Shown one piece after another: positions 59,393 through 64,000 of a DNA stretch of 64,000 nucleotides; within the stretch, counting starts at the first letter, position 1, and the number at the start of each line of letters is the position of its first letter. Below the pieces are notes generated by a model. It was not told the origin of the DNA. It saw only the letters and a list, made by a program, of their open reading frames with translations, and searched no databases. Origin of the DNA: an uncultured Nitrospiraceae bacterium (lineage in GTDB: Bacteria > Nitrospirota > Nitrospiria > Nitrospirales > Nitrospiraceae). The translations under genes and the position numbers were made by a program. The stretch is from positions 608,001-672,000 of the forward strand of contig CAVPLT010000007.1 in the NCBI GenBank assembly GCA_963706325.1, given 5' to 3'.

Positions 59393-59935
59393 ATGACAGA
59401 GCAACCGGTTAAAGTCTGGTTTGGTCGCGCGAAAGAGGTGAATACGTTGGAGGCGAGAGCCCAGAGGATCCGGTCTCTTCTGATAAAAGCCCTTTCTCTT
59501 GGAAGGGCTTTTTCTGTATGTGTGGCTTTGCTCACCGCAAATGGGTGGAGCAGCGCGGCCAACGCGGACACCGGCACGACCACCAACGGCGAGATGACGG
59601 CAGAGGAAGCCATCCAACTCGGAGAAGATTTCGGGATTGCGGTCGGCGAGGTCGACGAAGAGATTCGAAAAGAACTGAAGTTGCAACGGGCGGAAGGTGT
59701 CGCCGTGTTTGAAGTGATCGGCAATTCCCGCGCAGACTATGCAGGCATCAAGGTGCGGTCAGTCATCAAGGAAATTGATAAAAAGGAAGTGCGTTCCCTC
59801 ATCGATTTCGGGAAAGCCGTCAAGGCTTCGCTCAAAGAATGTAATTTCACGGTTGGAACCTACGAGCCGGCAGATCCTGGCGATCCGGTCGGGTGGGGTG
59901 TAAACTTCCATTTTGTGGGCTGCAAGCGAGATTAG
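59393..59935 (+). CDS. Exported PDZ-domain protein (start uncertain)
   Basis: FGIAV, GVAVFEVIGNSRADYAGIK...IKEID. Confidence 0.65.
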   Translation: MTEQPVKVWFGRAKEVNTLEARAQRIRSLLIKALSLGRAFSVCVALLTANGWSSAANADTGTTTNGEMTAEEAIQLGEDFGIAVGEVDEEIRKELKLQRAEGVAVFEVIGNSRADYAGIKVRSVIKEIDKKEVRSLIDFGKAVKASLKECNFTVGTYEPADPGDPVGWGVNFHFVGCKRD

Positions 59936-59952
59936 ATCAGGATAGACCGAGC

Positions 59953-61260
59953 GTGAACGACACAGGACGACTGATACAAAAACTCGCGATGGGTGGGCTC
60001 CTGCTGATCATGGGGGTGCTGAACGTTACCTTCCATGAGCGGGCAATTGCCCAGAAGACCGACGGCCAGGCTCCGCCTGATTGGGTTGCCGAGATTGAAA
60101 AGATTTTTATTCGGTCCGAAGACTGTAAGCAGTGCCACGATCGACATTACGAGGAGTGGAAGGGGATACGGGAACAGACTCCGGACCTCAAATCTTTCGG
60201 CCGGGTCGACGCGGCCTTGCTGCATGGAACCGCCTTTGAATCGCCGGTGTTTCGCACTGTCTTAGGTTTGTGGATGCAGACGAATCCGACTGTGCAAGAG
60301 CGACAGCGTTGCCTGTCGTGCCACGCACCAGCGGTGACAGTGTTTCCGCAACATGTGGAAAAAATTGTCGCGCAGGTTTTGTCCGGCAAGCCCCAGGTGG
60401 AGGGAATCGGTTGCGCCTCATGTCACCTCATCAATGCAGTAGAAACCACGCAGCAGCCCCCGCCGACCTACAAAGTGCAGCCCGGGGAGATGCTCTACGG
60501 ACCCTATGCGGATCCGGAAGAGAACCTCGTGCATCCGGCGACACAATCTTCGCTTTTCCGTGGCGCGAATTTTTGCACGTCCTGTCATTTCGACAAAGTG
60601 AAGGACGTCACGCAGAAAGATTTGCCCGGAGAAATCCTGCAAGGTACGATTTGCCAGGATTGCCATATGGAACCCTCTACCGGAAGTTCGACCTCGAAGC
60701 GTGGTGCGATGACTCGGGCGATCGGCCGGCATTGGTTCCGTGGGGTGGTCATTCCAGGCACCTTGTTGAAAAATCGCAATCTGCAGGCAGAATGGATGCC
60801 TCGTATCGAAGTGGAGGCAACGAAGTCTGGGACAGGTGTAGAAGGTACCGTGCTGGTGAAGATCGGGAGTTTGCCTCATAGTTTTCCAGACGGTGACCCG
60901 GTCTTGAAGCAGTTCCTGCTATCGATCACGACCAAGGATGCGCAGGGCAATGTGCTTGGGGAGGAGACGAAGCGGTTTGGCCTACCATACGAAAAGATCT
61001 TGCGTGGTCCGATTCCCGATCCTTTCATCAAGGGTGGGAATACACGTCGCGTGCCGTTTTCGCAGGCCCTGAAGGCCGGGGGAGAGCCGGCGAATATCGA
61101 GGTTGTGCTCAGCTATGCGTTGATTCCCGAGCCGGAGGCGGAACTCAAAGCCAAGTATCTGGCGACACTGGCGAACGAGCAGGAGCGCGCGACCGCGAAG
61201 AAGGTAATCGAAGAATACATTCAGCCTCGTTTGCTGACTTACCGGGTTAAGTCACTCTAA
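59953..61260 (+). CDS. Pentaheme c-type cytochrome
   Basis: CKQCH, CLSCH, CASCH, CTSCH, CQDCH. Confidence 0.88.
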   Translation: MNDTGRLIQKLAMGGLLLIMGVLNVTFHERAIAQKTDGQAPPDWVAEIEKIFIRSEDCKQCHDRHYEEWKGIREQTPDLKSFGRVDAALLHGTAFESPVFRTVLGLWMQTNPTVQERQRCLSCHAPAVTVFPQHVEKIVAQVLSGKPQVEGIGCASCHLINAVETTQQPPPTYKVQPGEMLYGPYADPEENLVHPATQSSLFRGANFCTSCHFDKVKDVTQKDLPGEILQGTICQDCHMEPSTGSSTSKRGAMTRAIGRHWFRGVVIPGTLLKNRNLQAEWMPRIEVEATKSGTGVEGTVLVKIGSLPHSFPDGDPVLKQFLLSITTKDAQGNVLGEETKRFGLPYEKILRGPIPDPFIKGGNTRRVPFSQALKAGGEPANIEVVLSYALIPEPEAELKAKYLATLANEQERATAKKVIEEYIQPRLLTYRVKSL

Positions 61261-61316
61261 GATGCCGTGCTGGCTGTGACGTGCAGAGACCAAGGGATGC
61301 ACGATGTGCGGAGGAT

Positions 61317-62564
61317 ATGCCAACGGTGAAAAATCGACGAAGATTCCTGCAGGGGATCGTAATCAGCGCACTGTTCTTGGTTCTGGCCCTGACAAGCTAT
61401 GGCGTGCAGCAGGGGCTCGCGCAGGATGCGAAAGCTCAGGCCACCATCGAGAAAGCCTTTCCCAGTTCCAGCAAGTGTAAGCGTTGCCATGAGAGGGTGT
61501 TCGAAGAGTGGGAAACGTCGCCGCTCTCGCGTTCGATCCATACGCCGACCTTCCGTGCCGCGCTCGACGCCTACCTGACTTCCTCTGCCGGCAAAGATAA
61601 AGCCATGTGTTTTCGCTGCCATGCGCCGCATGTGCGCGAGTTTGCAGACCAGGCTCAATTGTTCGTGACTCAGGCGCAGTCCGGCGAGCCGTCGCTGGAC
61701 GGCGTAGCTTGCGCGCAATGTCATCTCATCAAGCAAGTAGACCGGACGAAACAGCCGCCAGAACCGAAGTACGACCTCGGGAGTAAGACCATGTATGGGC
61801 CCTACAAAGATTTTGCACAGAACCTTGCGCACCAATCTATGGAGTTGGGCCTTTTTCACAAATCGGACCTCTGTTTGAATTGCCATCAGGTAGTGCCGGC
61901 TGCGGCGGACCTCGGGAAAAGTAACGATCTTTTGGGTAACTGGGACCAGAGTAAATCCGTGAAGTCCGGGAAAGAATGCCAGACCTGTCATATGCCTGAA
62001 CAGGTCGGCGAATCGGCCAACGGAGAGGCCAAGCGTAAGGTGGCTAACCATTCGTTTCCTGGTCGGATCGGCCAGCTTAGGCAGGAAGCTGCGAAATTAG
62101 AAGTCACGACCAAGGTCGAAGGTGAAAAGACTACCGTGACCGTGGCGGTGCAGAGCTTGGTGCCGCACAATCTGCCGACGACTCATCCGGGTTGGGCTAG
62201 CGTCGTGTTAGAGCTGGGGATCAAAGGCAAGAACCTCAAGACCGTCTTCAGCGACAGACGTGTCTACGGTCGAACCTATGCCGATGCTAAGGGCCAGAAG
62301 ACCGTATTCGACTTTGAGGCCGTGAAGGTTCTTGAAGAAACGGTTCTAAAGCCGGAAGAGAAACGGGTGGAAACCTTTACCTTTCCCACACCCAAAGACA
62401 CCAAGACCTTCGACGTCGAAGCCATCCTCAGCTATGCCCCAGTGACCGGACCAGCCCCTTTCCTGCAGCGCATTGAAGCTGAGTCCTCCAAAGGCGCGCA
62501 GGATCCCGTGTTTCAATCCATCCCTATCGTGAAGCTCAGCGAGAATATACCAGTCGTCAAGTAA
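61317..62564 (+). CDS. Pentaheme c-type cytochrome, paralog
   Basis: CKRCH, CFRCH, CAQCH, CLNCH, CQTCH; GGAGG RBS. Confidence 0.88.
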   Translation: MPTVKNRRRFLQGIVISALFLVLALTSYGVQQGLAQDAKAQATIEKAFPSSSKCKRCHERVFEEWETSPLSRSIHTPTFRAALDAYLTSSAGKDKAMCFRCHAPHVREFADQAQLFVTQAQSGEPSLDGVACAQCHLIKQVDRTKQPPEPKYDLGSKTMYGPYKDFAQNLAHQSMELGLFHKSDLCLNCHQVVPAAADLGKSNDLLGNWDQSKSVKSGKECQTCHMPEQVGESANGEAKRKVANHSFPGRIGQLRQEAAKLEVTTKVEGEKTTVTVAVQSLVPHNLPTTHPGWASVVLELGIKGKNLKTVFSDRRVYGRTYADAKGQKTVFDFEAVKVLEETVLKPEEKRVETFTFPTPKDTKTFDVEAILSYAPVTGPAPFLQRIEAESSKGAQDPVFQSIPIVKLSENIPVVK

Positions 62565-62662
62565 CGGCGGTCGACTTTCCTGACACCAGAAAGACCGTCT
62601 CTTGTGAAAGACTGAGGGTGCTCTGTTACACGACCGATGAACGACCGCGCAAGAGTTCTGCG

Positions 62663-62917
62663 TTACTCAGAGACAATACTGGAGCCGGGAGACTTCATCT
62701 TGAAGATCTGTATCGCGCTATAGATGCTCTTGGCAGGGTGATTGAGGATGAGCCGCGAATTGGTGATATGGGTGTCGATCAATTCATACTGCCCGCCGCT
62801 GTAGTAGATGTCGCAGTCATCTATCTCGCAATTTTTATAGACGTGATTGTCCAGTGCCAGCTTGGCCTTGCTGAATTTCTGCTGATCTATCAGAATATAT
62901 TCCGGCGCGAGTCCCAT
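62663..62917 (-). CDS. Small hypothetical protein
   Basis: 84-aa ORF with an AAGGAG RBS on the minus strand. Confidence 0.6.
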   Translation of the reverse strand: MGLAPEYILIDQQKFSKAKLALDNHVYKNCEIDDCDIYYSGGQYELIDTHITNSRLILNHPAKSIYSAIQIFKMKSPGSSIVSE

Positions 62918-63156
62918 TCATGCTCCTTCGCCCGCGCACTATAACAAAGTCACTCCTTCTCCGCAAACCGTGAGCAGTCAGGATTTTTGTCTGGCCCGCA
63001 GTGCGTCAGCTCCGTTTCGAAGGATGCCAACGCAGCCTTCTCCATGTAGCGACCCTCTGAGCACACCTGTCTATCGGACTTCGAATAGAGCTCGCTTCAG
63101 ACTACGCCATGCACGGGCATGAAGAATGGCCAGATAGCTCCCTACGCACTTTCACC

Positions 63157-63185
63157 TTGATCCATTCTTGTCACCTCTATAGAAT
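63157..63185 (+). promoter_or_regulatory. Putative sigma70 promoter for hppA
   Basis: TTGATC-17bp-TAGAAT. Confidence 0.55.
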
Positions 63186-63399
63186 GGCGCGACTTTTCAG
63201 ATAGTTAGGCCATGCGTCCGTAGGCGAGCGATGCTGTGGTTCTTCCGTTGGTTCGTCTGCTCTCGATGCGATGACGCCACGAGGAACCTGGGTAAGCACC
63301 GACCAGTGCACGGTCTGCTTCGATTGTATGCGGAGTATCTCAGGAGACAGTTCAGCTGGATTCTCAGTTTCACCATTCTGTCAACAGGAGGAGAACACT

Positions 63400-64000
63400 G
63401 TGAGCGACTCAGCGATTGTGACATTTGCTCTCATTGCGGCGGTGGCCGGTATTGCCTATGGCCTCTATCTCGCCATGTGGGTCTTCAAACTCAACGCCGG
63501 TAACGCGAAGATGCAGGAAATTGCCAAGGCCATTCAAGAAGGCGCCAGTGCTTATATGAATCGACAATATCGGACAGTCGGCGTGGTGGCGGCAGTCCTC
63601 TTTGTCGTGTTGTGGGGAGCTGGGGCGATGTCGGATAAGTTCGGAATGTTGACGGCAATTGGATTTCTGGTCGGGGCCGGCGCGTCGTCCCTTGCCGGAT
63701 ATGTCGGGATGATCATCGCGGTACGGGCGAATGTCCGCACGGCGCAAGCGGCACATGATGGGATGAACGCGGCGCTGACCGTGGCCTTCCGCGGGGGAGC
63801 TGTGACCGGCTTGCTGTTGATTGGATTGGGCCTATTGGCCATCACAGGCTTCTATACGCTTGCCTCCCACTTCGCGGGGCAGGAAAAGGCGATCCATGCG
63901 CTGCTTAGCCTTGGCTTCGGCGGCAGCTTGATCTCGGTGTTTGCGCGTGTAGGTGGCGGAATTTATACCAAGGCAGCGGACGTCGGCGCGGATCTCGTGG
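63400..64000 (+). CDS. hppA: Membrane-bound ion-translocating pyrophosphatase, 5' part
   Basis: My translation from GTG after AGGAGG: MQEIAKAIQEGASAYMNRQY, RANVRTA, GGGIYTKAADVGADLV. Confidence 0.93.
   Translation, partial: MSDSAIVTFALIAAVAGIAYGLYLAMWVFKLNAGNAKMQEIAKAIQEGASAYMNRQYRTVGVVAAVLFVVLWGAGAMSDKFGMLTAIGFLVGAGASSLAGYVGMIIAVRANVRTAQAAHDGMNAALTVAFRGGAVTGLLLIGLGLLAITGFYTLASHFAGQEKAIHALLSLGFGGSLISVFARVGGGIYTKAADVGADLV

Noticed and set aside
1..64000. tRNA/rRNA genes, transposases, integrases, prophage
   Set aside because: None recognised by eye; a tRNAscan/Infernal run would be needed to exclude small RNAs.

Overview
Bacterial window that looks like Nitrospira (inferred from gene content: bd-like oxidases without CydB, three EbdC/NxrC-like heme b proteins, a small CxxC protein and an intergenic TIR repeat). 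1-9.5 kb is accessory: a partial TPR gene, a decayed ABC/outer-membrane-factor efflux operon, RqcH/NFACT, an orphan HExxH peptide-modification enzyme, a MITE-like repeat, a PKD protein and a KimA-like transporter. From 9.6 kb to the end runs a mostly co-oriented respiratory/metal-cofactor supercluster. Its first half has a 1621-aa MnxG-type multicopper oxidase, three proteins with amicyanin-like CxxHxxM loops, a methyltransferase, DUF420, a PCP_red protein, two asymmetric CydA-like paralogs, two FGE-fold proteins, two unannotated ~40-aa membrane peptides behind a perfect sigma70 promoter, membrane c-type cytochromes and mobA. A housekeeping block (argS-tgt-yajC-secDF) and a two-component system with a degenerate AAA+ regulator interrupt it. 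The second half has a NapG-like ferredoxin, a TorD-type chaperone, NxrC-like subunits, a B12 radical SAM enzyme, tatA, two pentaheme cytochromes and hppA. No nxrAB, cydB, tRNA/rRNA, CRISPR or transposase was seen. Parts of this cluster have been noted in Nitrospirota genomes, but its biochemistry is unresolved. All assignments come from reading motifs by eye; no database searches were run.
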